Below, one piece after another: positions 41,218 to 58,018 of a stretch of DNA of 64,000 nucleotides (its first letter is position 1; each line of letters begins with the position of its first letter). The translations under genes were made by a program, and so were the position numbers. Source of the DNA: Eledone cirrhosa (lineage: Eukaryota); contig OZ024741.1 in the NCBI GenBank assembly GCA_964016885.1, positions 312,418,001 to 312,482,000 of the forward strand. Reading direction: 5' to 3'. The notes beneath the pieces were generated by a model. It did no database searches and had not been told where the DNA came from. It saw only the letters and a program-made list of their open reading frames with translations.

Positions 41218-41356
41218 AGGAGGTGAGTTTTATTGTAGTACAATAAAGCAATGCAGATATCGGATAAGAAGCACTCTACAGTTTGTAGGACTGGAGTATA
41301 CATAACATATAAGAACAAAAGATGGTTAAAAGAGTTCCATGTATTTTATTATGCGC

Positions 41357-41397
<41 letters not shown>

Positions 41398-41429
41398 TAC
41401 TATAATTTATTGTTTTGTCTTTTCTCTTA

Positions 41430-44400
41430 CTAAAAGGGACAGCACCATTAGTTAATATCAGACACCCTGACCCCGAAGGGAGCTGCAGTATCGTTGGTAG
41501 GGGTCAAAACCACCAAAGTCCATTTCAAAGACTGTTGACACTGGAGTTGTGTGGCTTTCGTTTGTATTTTTATTATCGACAGATATTCTTTTGAGGTTTC
41601 CTTGCTAGAGAACGGTTTGCAGGTGGCAGATAGTGATACGGCGATCAGATATGATGTTTAGTTGCCATATAAGCGGCAAGCGTTCCACGAATAACCAGCC
41701 CCAGACCAGCAGTAGTAAATTACCAGAGGAGATGGTGTATTGGGTGACACTTGTACCTCCAAAGAAAAACTGTCACAACATCATTACGTAACTAGAACGA
41801 AGCCAGAAAATGCTGGCTCTCAAAAACCCTAGTCTTCACGGGTTTGAAAATGTACCAGATTGGGGACTAGCGCAAATAAGACCACCCAAACTGCAATTGC
41901 GGTATGATGAGAGAAACAATAAAGAACCACACCGCATTGTGCTTTGGGCGGGTTAACAAGGGACGCCTTAGCTAGAGGGGTCTGTTCGAAAATGATATTG
42001 CAGTCACCATTTCATTCCGCAAAAACTTGGGCTGGCCTGTGACCTGACCTAGGTAGCGTTGGATATACGTACAAAGATTGTGTATGCGGAAATCTTGACA
42101 AGTGGCACATGGAACATCATAACCCATTATAGGTAATGAGCAAGAAATAGTGGAGAATACTAGATGCTACCTCCTAGGTATGGTCGGGGTTTCCCCAATA
42201 AAGATCTGTGGCTCTGAGACTAGATTTGGTTGGAAGATGGAATCGCCTCTATTGTGAATTCACAGGCTGGCAGAATAAGTTATGGCCTGTGCCTCATTAG
42301 GAGGAAGGATGAGCCTCTTGAATCTTAGGCTGAAAGATAGGACTCTGTGGGTGGTGCAAGTTTATGCACCAAACAACGAGACCGAATACAGGTTCTTCCT
42401 TGAAAATGTTACTGCAGCGTTTAGCTGTATTTGAAGCTTAGCCATATATCCTGATTGGAGACTCTAATACACACGTTGGCACTGACCACCTGACATGGAA
42501 AGGAGTGATTGGAAGGAATGGCAAGCTCAATCTAAATATGAATGGTGAGGCCTCATTAGACTTCTGTTCTAGTAATAGAAACTATATTATATACACCTTC
42601 ATCAAGAACAGAGACATCCATAAATATACATGATATATATGGAATCAGGGACTGGGATCAATAATTGATTTTGTTATTGTCTCTGATCTCTTCGATTCTG
42701 TGCTGAATGTTCATGTTTAGAGAGAGGCTGAGATGTTAACTGCTTACCATGCAACTTGAGACTACAGAAAAGCAAAGAATCCCACAACAATTTCAGGTCC
42801 TGGGCGACCTACAGTATAAAGGAAGAAGCTTTGCATCCAGCTTCAGAGAATTCTTTAGGCCGTTGAAATAATGTGGAGATTGTTCAGTTCAGCAATTTCT
42901 GTTTCAACGGTTAAATGTTGCAGGCAAAAGAGACTTCGTGTGGCATCATTTGGAAAGAGAACCCATTGGTTCAATCAATAGGTCAAAGATGCAAACCGAG
43001 CAAGGAAGGAGGGCTACAAAGCTTTACATTGAAATGCGTCCTCTTCCTTGCACTTGCTATACAACATGCACAAAATATCCCAACAGAGACAGTATAGGGC
43101 TTCAAAGGTAAGACATGGGATGACATTGAGTTAAGCTGGAATCCTACTTCAGATCAGCAAATTAAGTGTTACGGCAGACCATCCGCTGACTTTGGAATAA
43201 GAAGTCCTACTTTTCATCTGCTATGAGGAATGCGTTTGGGGTTTTCCGCTCTTCAGAGAAGTGCATCTTAGCGACGAGGAGAGATTACATTGCTTTTTCT
43301 TCTGAAACTGAACACAACAGAATCGCCTGATGTATACGAGGCGCATCTGGGAGCGGTAATTAATCTCTCTGAAGCTGAGGGCACAATAGCATTTAAAGAA
43401 CTCAAATACGGGAAGGCTACTTGGGAAGATAAAGTACCAGTCCGAGATGTTAAAAGCATCTGATCAATTGCAATCAGGAATGGTCATCCTTATTTTCAAA
43501 AAGTTAGATAAGAGAGACTGTTCTATTTACAGAGGGATCTCTTTGTTTAGCCTCCCCAGAAATGTTTGTGCTAAGTGCATGGAAAAGAGATGCAGGGTGA
43601 TAGTTGAGTTAAAGCTAACTGACGAATAGTACGATCTTTGCCCCGGAAGCAGCACAACCGACCAAATATTCACACTATGGCAGGTCTTCGATAAATCGTG
43701 GGAGTATTGCCCAGAGGTATATTCTTGTTTTTTAGACCTCGATAAAGCATTTGACCACGTTCCTCGGGACCTGCTATGGAAGGATGTGCAGGAGTATGCG
43801 GTCAATGATCACCTTCTTGTTGCTCTGAAGTCTCCAAAACTGAGACATTCGTCCTCTCAAGAAATCCTACGCAGTGCACTCTTCATGCAAATGGAGTTCC
43901 AATGAAGCACGTGGAGAATTTCAAGTGTCTCGATGCCGTGTTCAAGAGTGATGGAAGTCTGGAGGCTGAATTAAGTGCAAGTATTGTGGGAGCGGGCGCA
44001 GTAATGCACCAGCTTCAGCATTCGGTAATCAGAAGATGGGGGTAGATATAAAAGCCAAACTCGATATCATCAATATGGTAATTGTGCCAGCCCTTATGTA
44101 TGGTCATAAAGCTAGGGTAATGACCGAAACAATACGATCGCGATTACAAGAGGCCGAAATAAGATTCCTTCGAAGGGTCTTTGGAGTAAGGTTACTCAAT
44201 AGAGTGTGTAGCTCGGAGATCAGAGAGTCGCTGCAGTTAGAGCCCTACTTCTCCAAAAGAAGTAGCGGCATGTGTTTAAAATGTCTTAGGAAAGAATCGC
44301 TGGACAGATTTTACGGTCACAAACAACCGGCAAGAGACCAAGTGGTAGACACCGAGCAAGGTTGTTGGATAACATCCATGAACTTGGCTATTCTCTCGTG

Positions 44401-44510
44401 CGGGTACAGCAGGGTCAGTTGGTGACAATTGCTTTTAAGAGGACCCGCTGAAAAGAGTGGTTTAGGACTCTGCACTCAAGAACCTCTCTAGAATAATTGG
44501 GGGAAGAAGC
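41430..44510 (+). mobile_element. old degenerate RTE-clade LINE
   Basis: GTWNI, VQVYAPN, IGD.N.HVG, SIIDFVIVS, YRGISL.SLP, STTDQIFTL, FLDLDKAFDHVPR, LMYG, RSRLQEAEIRFLRR; many stops and an internal RT deletion. Confidence 0.75.
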
Positions 44511-44597
44511 TTTCCTCTTTAAAAGGTTGTATTAGTTTTGCCTTGTTTTCTTTCGATGTATTTTCCTCTCTTTGTTAATTTTCCTAAGTTTGTCATT

Positions 44598-44641
<44 letters not shown>

Positions 44642-44649
<8 letters not shown>

Positions 44650-45497
44650 TATTTTCCGTTGTGTTGTAATATAAATATTACACACAGTAGATTATCAGCT
44701 CACGTAGAGTTTGCTCGACGGTTCCAGTTGTAGTTCCAAAAGTAATCCGGAGAAAAATAGAAAGATTTGAATGGATACAGTTTAGTTGAAAGGAATTTAT
44801 TGACACGTGTTTCTATAACAGTTACATAACCTAAAACAGCTGCTATCTACAAACTTTTAGTTATGCAGACATTCAATATTTCAATGTTATTATTTACTGT
44901 CATTTCATCAGAATAATATTACTGAGGACCTATTTAGTTTTTATAGAGAATATTAGGAGGGAGGGGTGAAGTTGTTAGAAGAATAGTTGAAGGAGTGGTT
45001 TTTCGATAGCAGTGAGAATTCTTGGTGGCAGTGAGTAATTAGATTCCCATCTGTTGTTTTGACATTTTTTATAGAATATATTATTGGTTATTTTTCTAAA
45101 TCTATAGAAGGATTAGAGATAGTAAAGATATGCGTGGTTGGTTTTGTGTTTGCACTTAATTAACATTCAGACTTAAATTTTTCTTTCAAGTGTACGTATC
45201 CTTTCACCCACGCATTCATACACACATATATTTGCACACCTCTACAAAATACATATACTCACAATTCACATATTCATACTTACATATATATATACACATG
45301 CATACACATATATATACACACATGTATTCATGTACATACATACGCGCGCATGTGTATACATTTTCATACTCAACTTATCTTTATATACACACGTATAGAC
45401 ATACACATATATACATACATACTCTAGTCCATGTGTACACACATACACATACATACACATCTATATACACATACATACATACACAGACACACATATA

Positions 45498-45595
<98 letters not shown>

Positions 45596-48339
45596 CACTT
45601 TAATACATGAATACACTTACATCTAACTATACACATCAAACATATATATATATTTACTTATTTATATACATTTTCACATATATATACATACTTATGGACG
45701 TTTTTAGACACATTCATTATCGCATATTTGCACCTATTCTCATCAGCATATCTTTCCATTATTAGTGTGGTAATTTAAGGTTATTAATATATGTTGAGAA
45801 GAGATTGTTTTTATATTTTTCTAACTAGATTAAGGTTTATATAGTTGGGGGATGTCCCTCTTTTATGTAATATTCGGCTTGTAGTAGGAAAAAAGGGTTT
45901 TAGTTCTGTGACGGCAGAATAATGTTCGTTCAATTCTGTTATTCAGCAGTTTCTTCTTGTGTGTGATTATGTAATAAATCTCAAGATTACACAATTTGCA
46001 GAAATGTTGGCTCCTGGAAAAGCTTTGGGTTTTAGCTAATTTTTCCCATTTTAGGGTAAACTTTTGATCGCTATCCCTGAGCGTCCAAGCTTTTTCTGCT
46101 AAAGTTGTTACATTTCTTTGGCTCTGGTGTTTTATTGAGTAAGAATGCCTATACAATCGAGATTTAAACGATGTTGCCGTTGATCCCACGTAATACCACT
46201 CGTTGCCTCCGGATTTAATGGTACACTTATAAATAATATTTTTTTCCAGGCAGTTATTGCCGAGGGGGCAGTTGTCAGGATAGGTGCAGTTACAGTTGTG
46301 TACGTTGGGTTTTCTCTGGAGTAGTATTGCGGACGAACTTAGGTGTGGTTTATTTATGTTCTGTAGTGTATTGTCTACTGTTTTTTTGTGTTCTTTGTAC
46401 TTAAGTTCTTAGTGTTTTCGTTTAACCTTCTAGTATTGATCTTTTTTATGTGTTGTTCAAGGTTTAACGCTGTAGAGTATGACAGTCTTATAGTGGTAGG
46501 GTTTAGGATTTTGTGGTATTTGTGTGATGTGGGAAAATGTCTTTTAATTATTTTAAAGAAGAGTACTGGTAAATTTGTACTAATGGAACTATTGTATTCG
46601 GGGTTATACCATAAGTACTCTTTGCATCGCTTTCTATTAGTTTTGTTTGTTGGTTTACTGGTGTGCATACTATGGTAGTAAGTGTAGTTTGGTGTTGTGT
46701 TATTATATCTACCTATGTGGGATTTATTTTGGGTGTTTTGATTGTTCCCATCTATGTACTCTATTTTGTTGAGGTAGCCTGCTTTACTAAGGGCGTTATC
46801 GTAGTACTCGGCGTGTTCCTTAAATACTTGTATGTTAGAAGATAGACCCGAGATTCTAAGGGAAATATTTTTAGGGATAGATTTAATTATAGAGTTAGAC
46901 CCAACATTTACGTATTTGAGATTTTCATTCAATTTATGAAACGGTTTAATCAAACCAGAGTTTAAATTGAGTGTGACATCCAGGAAGTTAACTACTTTAA
47001 GGTTGTATTCATACGTTATAGTTAGTCCTATTTCGAGTAGTAGTTTTCTTATATCTTTGCGTAGTTTTTCTAGTTTTGGGTTATTAAGGTTTTTAGCTAG
47101 GAGGAGAACATCGTCGCGGTATATTCCGCCGTGGAGATTGCTGAATTTTTCCTGGAGTCTAAAGGCGATAAATAACCCCACAATATCAGTTATTTCCGCC
47201 GAATCGTTAGAGCCCATTGTTATGTCAAAGTTAGAGGGTCTATCTTTACGTACCCAATAACTGTTCTCAAATTTGACTATAGTTTTCCTAGCTTCTAATA
47301 TAATCTTAATTTCATCGTTTGTAAGGTCAGAGTTATCCTTAGCAAACTTAATGGCTCTATTCAAAGTTTCAGGTGATATCGATGAGTAATATTCATCGAT
47401 ATCAAACTGGATAAACTTAGATTTATTCTTATTGCTAATGCTATTAAACCATCTTATTGCTTCTTGGGTCTTCCCCCAGAGTTTAATGTTAACCTTAGCC
47501 TTAATTTGGGGGATGATTCTATCTAAGATATATTTGCTTATTTTACCTATATCTGATTTAGAGGGGCAGATTAATCTAATTTTAGGGTCATTATCAAAGT
47601 TTACCTTGTGGTCCTTAAGATTGAAGGTGGGTACCGCCGGTAAGAGTGGTCCTGTCCTATCTTCGATTCCGAGATTTTTCACTATTTCGCATGCCTCATC
47701 ATTGATGTGCTTAAGGGTTACTTCACTCGTTTTTCTATATTTTTTATGTAATTCTTTTCGAATGAAGTTGTTGTATGTAGTGCAATCCATAGTGTACAGG
47801 TTTGATGTTTTGTCCGCTTTTACTACAATTCCTTTGGTGTTTTTAAGGTCGTCCAGTAGTTTTTTTATATCTTTCTGTAATTTGCTGTTGGTGTTGCGTC
47901 CTTTGAATTTAATTTTAAGGATTAAGTTCATAAGGTCCTGCTCAAATGCATCTAATAGTGGGTTGGTGGGTGGGTTTTTACAAGTCCCAAAACCGAATTT
48001 GTTGTTTACACCACTTTCCAATGTTGAGTTCATACGGCTTCTATCATAGTGGAGCGTTTTCCACCTGACACGTCGAATGAATTCATTAGTTGTGTATATA
48101 AAGATAAGTTGAGTATGAAAATGTATACACATGAGCGCGTATGCATGTACATGAATACATGTGTGTATATATATGTGTATGCATGTGTATATATATATGT
48201 AAGTATGAATATGTGAATTGTGAGTATATGTATTTTGTAGAGGTGTGCAAATATATGTGTGTATGAATGCGTGGGTGAAAGGATACGTACACTTGAAAGA
48301 AAAATTTAAGTCTGAATGTTAATTAAGTGCAAACACAAA
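44642..48339 (-). mobile_element. Naiad PLE copy 1 (inverted, 5'-truncated) plus 248 bp of forward pLTR
   Basis: Near-identical to the reverse complement of 58102-61441 plus a ~115 bp longer tail. Inversion junction at 48091; 1-bp A-run frameshift at ~46381; hammerhead at 44797-44916. Confidence 0.9.
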
Positions 48340-48478
48340 GTTACGTCCCTTTACAGTATGAGTTCAAATACCACCGAGGTTAACTTTGCCTTTCATCCTT
48401 ATGGGGTCGATAAAATAAAGTACCAGTAATGTACTGCGTAATTGCTGGCCGTGTGCCTAAAGTAGAAACAATTAATTA
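48340..48478 (+). mobile_element. SINE of the 618 family
   Basis: GTTACGTCCCTTTAC..GAGTTCAAAT..GGGGTCGATAAAATAAAGTACCAG. Confidence 0.7.
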
Positions 48479-49629
48479 ATAGACTTTACAATAGTCATAC
48501 ATATACATATCTCTGTGTACACATATATATACCTTTTTATATGAGTGTGTGTATGTATACAGATATGTGTATGTGTGTGTGCGTGTCTGTGTGTGTATGT
48601 GTGTGTGTGTGAGTGTATATATGTAGGTAGAGTTTAGGGGAGCTACTAACTTCATTTTTTCCTAAATAATTGCTATAGTATGAGTCCCAATTTTAGGGTG
48701 ATAAGCATTAGAATATTCAGTAACTCAACTAACCTGCTATCTTATTAAATTTGATAATTTATATGCATCGGTATGTATGTATATATTCATTGATATATAT
48801 GGGCATATATATGTACGTGTTTATAGGTATGTGCGGTATTTATGTGGATGTGGATGTGTATGGATATATGCATTTGGATACGTTGGCATTTATCTGGATG
48901 AACTTAATATCTATTACCCTAGTTTTTATGGTTTGTACAAGATTGGTTCTCTAGTTCTTATTCGAAATTTACACATATATTGTATTGTTCATATTAATAT
49001 GGATGTGTGAGGGTGTGACTACAATTGAACATGTTCAATTATAAATTGTTCATTCTTTCCAGAGAATTTTAGCATTCATACAGATTGTATTACGTATCAT
49101 TTTCTGGATGCCAATTTGAACTAGTAGTCATGATATTGTGTTACTGAATATTTCCTGTTATGATGGTGCATTATTTTAAGAATCTAAAAAAAAACGTTTT
49201 CCAGTTCCGTATATTGATAGACGAGATGAATCTGTTGCGGTATCTATATCTTTTATCTGATTCCGACGAATCCTATTAGGATGAAGCATATGTAAATTAA
49301 ATTATGATATAATTAACAGTATTTGGTATTATATTTAATGGAAAATGTGCTCTTCGTGTGTAGATAAACTTGCATATTAGGAATTGATATATATTATTTT
49401 TTAATTGTTTGTAGGCTCATGTAGAGTATAGTGTAATACATATCGTATTTTAGTGTTGATATAACATTTTCACCTACATTTTCCCAGGTTTTGTATTTGA
49501 AAACGAATTTCACTATATTAATTTATATATTTATATATATGCAAATCGAAATGAGAAATATCAAAGCAAATGATACAGTACAATGAAATGAGGAAATATA
49601 TTATTAGTTTTATGCTTGATATAGTAGTA

Positions 49630-49910
49630 AAATGAATGTTAAGCTTTCGGACGTCCATCCTTCATCAGAAAATATGAGAAAATACAGGGGAAGTAGAAAG
49701 ATATATATTGTTAATAAGGATTAAAATTTTAATCAATAAATTTCTCTCGAAATAATTGCCTTTAGAAAACAAGAAGGCGTAACGGTAGTGCGTGAGGATG
49801 TTCTCCTAAGATTAATGAAATATATGAAAAAAAAATTAAGACATCATTTCGAGTGGTAAAAATACATTCTTGCTGTGAAAAAAGCATATTCATGCTTTCA
49901 AAATCAGGAG
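49630..49910 (-). mobile_element. old PLE 3' end with minimal hammerhead core
   Basis: Minus-strand REKFI..FNP-like ORF end, then CTGATGA-a-GGA..TCC-GAAA-GCT-TA with a decayed stem I. Another decayed core lies at ~49259-49305 (+). Confidence 0.45.
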
Positions 49911-50029
49911 ACTAATAATATTTTTTAAAATAGTCGAATAAATTCCATCTACCATATATGGAAAATTATATTAATAGTAGAAAAATGATTAAAAATAAAA
50001 GTACTGAAGGTATTAATAAAAGTAAAAAT

Positions 50030-50180
50030 AATAATTGTTTCTACTATTGGCACAAGGCCAGCAATTACCCAGTACATTACTGCTACTTTATTTTATTGTC
50101 CCCGTAAGGATGAAAGGCAAAGTTAACCTCAGCGGGATTTGAACACAGAATGGCTAGGGCCGTAACTCTATGCGTCAAAG
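50030..50180 (-). mobile_element. SINE of the 618 family
   Basis: Reverse complement reads GTTCAAATCCCGCTGAGGTTAACTTTGCCTTTCATCCTTACGGG. Confidence 0.7.
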
Positions 50181-50341
50181 CATAGTAAAAATTTAAAAAA
50201 AGTAAAAATAATAATAATGATTAAATCCTACATAGGATTTAGGCTCATACATATTTATATGCTGACCGGAACGGATGCATGTGCTAATGAAAATATAGTT
50301 TATGAAAAATACGTAGATATTCACACGCATGTTTACATATA

Positions 50342-50392
<51 letters not shown>

Positions 50393-50394
<2 letters not shown>

Positions 50395-52090
50395 GACCCA
50401 GTACACACTACTACACACAGACGACGAAATAGGACAAGGTCTAGATCTATTACGTGATTTAACGCGCCGTATTCGAAGCATGTATGCACTACCGTACCAG
50501 GTCTCTTATTCAGAGCAATGGACGAGTGCTTCCGGCCGTCGAACAGGTACCATAGTGTATTCAACCGCCACACAGTGAACTTCTCCTTCGCCACCGCACC
50601 TAAATGGGCAGACTATACGGCCCAAACCAATGCGGTGAAGTTGAGGAAATTAGAGCGCCAACTACGGCAGGGGACGGTCGATCCTGTTGGACCGGGAGAA
50701 TCATATGGAGGCAGAGTCACCAAATATGGCTCAGTCTGCACTGTGGCCCATCTACCCGCGGAAGACGCAGTACTCGACTACCAGGTTGCACTGAACGACA
50801 GAAAAGAGCCCACCGCACCGGCAGTACAGCGCCCAGAGAATCGGGAGAACGCCGCAAGAAGGCCAGGAGCCCGCATATGGAATGAGCAGCACACAGCCTG
50901 AACATGCAACTGCCGAGTGGACACACAATGCCCCCTGCAGGAAAGATGCGTAACGAAGGGCATCGTCTACAAATGTGTGGTTAACACGCACAACATCAAG
51001 CGCACCTACATCAGCGCAGCATCCACGACCTTTAAATCAAGGATGTACAATCATAGGAACTCTTTCAAGGACCGGAGCAAGAGACACTCCACTAAGCTCG
51101 CGGACCTGATATGGGACTTGAAGGACAGCGGCACCACATATGATCTTAAATGGAGTATCGTTCAACGTGTCATTGCATATTCGGCAGGCGAGTGGAAGTG
51201 CAGGATGTGCCTCTCCGAGTCCATGGTGATAATGGTCGCAGTAAACCTGAAATCGGAGATCATCATGGCATGTAGACACCAGCGAGGGTGCACATTCTCC
51301 GCATGGGTACATCCGGATGGCCGTTCTAGAGCCATACGGGGAAGCGGACGTCAATCGTGGTGGCGGCGTGGTTCTATGTGATCTGACACCATACCTTGAT
51401 GACTATGTATGCCCTATGGGGCAGGTCGACACACTCAATGGTGCACATTTGACTCTGTATCTTATCTTAAATAACGCCGTCGCAGTAGCCAGGGCACGGC
51501 GTTTCCATTCCCATGGGTATACTCAATCCCGTATCACACTTCACTAAGGCACTCACTTTCAGCCACAGTAACATACTCCGTTACATACTGTTCTTGCGCA
51601 CTCCATGCATATATATCTTTTATGTAGAGTGTGTATGTTCTTACGTATGTAAGACATTATGTAACACTTTATGTATTTTATTCCTGTACAAACTCATGTG
51701 TATTTTTATATACTTTTATTTATGTTTTAGGTATACCCTTTGCATTGTTCCTATGAGCTTCCCATAGGTAATTTTGTTTATAAGGTTTCTGTACGTGGAT
51801 TATTTCACGTTAGCACCATAATGCCAACTCAGTCAATATGTGCATCAAAGTGTGTCTGCATATACGTATATACCGCTATGTGAGATGTTGCATGCATTCT
51901 TTGACGTATTCCACATATGTACTTTTTTTTTTTTTAACGTATTTCTTCACGTAATATTTCTTGGTGCACTACCCAATGTACAGCAGCATATGCGTGATTC
52001 TATGCACTTTCCAAATATTTTTATAGAGTTTATTTTCATATGTATGAGTATGTGTGTGTGTGGGTGGGTGTCTGTGTGTCAGTGCGTGTG

Positions 52091-52137
<47 letters not shown>

Positions 52138-53057
52138 ATATACTGTGTGTGTGTGTATGTATATGTAAACACATGTGTGTATATATGTGTGTGTGCGTGC
52201 GTGTGCATACGCACATATATATATATGTATGTATCTAAGTGTGTGTGTATGAGTAGGCATGATTGACTGCATAGGTACGCGCGTGTATATGTACGTGTGT
52301 GTATCTATGGGTGCGTATATGCATGTATATGTATATACATATGTGTAAATATATGTCTGTGTGTATATATATATATATATATATATGTGTGGCTGTGTAA
52401 GGATAGATATATGTATACATCTGGTCCCTTATGTGTACGTATGTGCGTATATATGTGTATGAATGTACCTATATATGAAAGGTGAATATATATATGTACA
52501 TGTGTGGACGCAAACATGCAAGCTCTATGTGTGTGTGTATGTGTGTGTGTGTGTATGTGTGTGTGTGTATGTGTGTGTGTGTGTGTGTCCGCACAGTTAA
52601 GTGTGCGATTAATGGCTTAAAATATCTGTATAGGTGCGGGTCTATGTGTGGAGGGGGACGGGCTAGCCAAGCAAGGGCAAGAGAGTTCATAACACCTAAC
52701 CTACACATAGCAGTAATTCCTGGCGACGGGATTAGGGTGACTGACAGCTCACGCCTGAATGGAAAACGTCAGTGGGCAGATTTGAATGGTCATACACAAA
52801 GATGACCTCCCGAACTATCAACCAATCGGAGCGCAGCGCAAACAGGATGATGGCAGATGACAGAAATTCGAAGAGTCGGAGTCCAGCAAAAAGAGGATTT
52901 GCTTCGAAATCACTGGACGTATCTGAGGAACTAGCGAATCCAGAGTCTGGTGTTCGATCCACAAACAGATCGCACCGCAAGCTGTTCGCCGGAGAAACAA
53001 TTGTAATACGTAATAACTTGTGTTCCGATGCTTCACTGATTCTTGGTTTTCCATATT
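50393..53057 (+). mobile_element. 5'-truncated GC-rich Naiad-type PLE (different family) with long microsatellite-rich 3' region
   Basis: *FNAPYS, FNRHTV.FSF, TCNC...CPL..C...IVY, YI..ASTTFKSRMYNH, CRMCLSE, CRH; hammerhead at 52917. Confidence 0.75.
52917..53011 (+). ncRNA. type I hammerhead with 64 nt stem II (mirror copy 62326-62420, minus)
   Basis: ACGTAT-CTGAGGA-a-CTAGCGAA..(GGTG..CGATC/GATCG.CACC)..TTCGCCGG-a-GAAA-CAATTG-TA-ATACGT. Confidence 0.8.
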
Positions 53058-53610
53058 ATGTATATATATTTATATATTAAGTGTAATGAATTATTTTACA
53101 ATGAAATTAGCTCAAAGAAAGAAATATTTCTGAGCCGTGTAAAACATTTAAATATAAATTAATATATATGATGAAACACAAATACCAACATATCTGTATT
53201 TATATTGTAAAAGAAAATTTAGTTAGCTAGAATGAAGTATACTAATTATAATATTACAGTCTGCCCATATCGATTTAAAATAATAAATCAACAAAGACAA
53301 ACAGTATTGCCAAGTGGCCAAGATGTTTAGACACATTTAAATTTCAAAATCAAACCTGTTCCGTAGATAAGTTTAAACATTAAAATCCAAATATGTTTCG
53401 AGATAAAAAAGTGTAAGGATATCATGTCCTGCTCTCTTCAGTAAACATCCAGGAACAAATTGATATGCTTCACTTCTAAATATTTTAAAAGACTGTGTAA
53501 CGCACATGGTTTACAGTTTCTAGCTAGCCTCATAACCGTACTGCTAGAAATAACAGCCGTATATATGAGGCTACTTTCAGCTCAACCTAAGGAGCAATAA
53601 TATTAATATA

Positions 53611-53678
<68 letters not shown>

Positions 53679-53722
53679 TATTATTGTGCATATGTGTGCA
53701 TATGTATGTTGGTATGTCTATG

Positions 53723-53770
<48 letters not shown>

Positions 53771-53846
53771 GACATAGACATACCCACATACATATGCACA
53801 CATATGCACATACACACAGACACACACACACATACATACACACATA

Positions 53847-57220
<3,374 letters not shown>

Positions 57221-57694
57221 GTGTATATAAAGATAAGTTGAGTATGAAAATGTATACACATGAGCGCGTATGCATGTACATGAATACATGTGTGTATATA
57301 TATGTGTATGCATGTGTATATATATATGTAAGTATGAATATGTGAATTGTGAGTATATGTATTTTGTAGAGGTGTGCAAATATATGTGTGTATGAATGCG
57401 TGGGTGAAAGGATACGTACACTTGAAAGAAAAATTTAAGTCTGAATGTTAATTAAGTGCAAACACAAAACCAACCACGCATATCTTTACTATCTCTAATC
57501 CTTCTATAGATTTAGAAAAATAACCAATAATATATTCTATAAAAAATGTCAAAACAACAGATGGGAATCTAATTACTCACTGCCACCAAGAATTCTCACT
57601 GCTATCGAAAAACCACTCCTTCAACTATTCTTCTAACAACTTCACCCCTCCCTCCTAATATTCTCTATAAAAACTAAATAGGTCCTCAGTAATA

Positions 57695-57814
57695 TTATTC
57701 TGATGAAATGACAGTAAATAATAACATTGAAATATTGAATGTCTGCATAACTAAAGGTTTGTAGATAGCAGCTGTTTTAGGTTATGTAACTGTTATAGAA
57801 ACACGTGTCAATAA
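57695..57814 (+). ncRNA. type I hammerhead with 91 nt branched stem II (second copy 61283-61402)
   Basis: TTATT-CTGATGA-a-ATGACAGT..[ACATT/AATGT][TGCATAAC/GTTATGTA]..ACTGTTAT-a-GAAA-CACGTG-TC-AATAA. Confidence 0.8.
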
Positions 57815-58018
57815 ATTCCTTTCAACTAAACTGTATCCATTCAAATCTTTCTATTTTTCTCCGGATTACTTTTGGAACTACAACTGGAACCGTCGAGCAA
57901 ACTCTACGTGAGCTGATAATCTACTGTGTGTAATATTTATATTACAACACAACGGAAAATACTGTATATTTACCTCCTGTAAAGTCGAGCAACCCACACA
58001 GCAAACGCAACCACAACA

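Noticed and set aside
46375-46390. Programmed frameshift between RT and GIY-YIG in Naiad copy 1
   Set aside because: It is a single-base difference in an A-run absent from copies 2 and 3, so mutation or homopolymer sequencing error is more likely.
50899-50901. In-frame TGA just before TCNC in the GC-rich Naiad as possible selenocysteine (some Naiads are reported to encode selenoproteins)
   Set aside because: It aligns to a non-Cys position (H or N in the other Naiads here) and is likely CGA-to-TGA decay. The other TGA (~50456) replaces Trp, and I found no convincing SECIS.
52846-52912. ATGA..AAA..GA hairpin upstream of the hammerhead as a SECIS
   Set aside because: Helix II pairing and spacing are irregular, and there is no Sec-type codon to serve.
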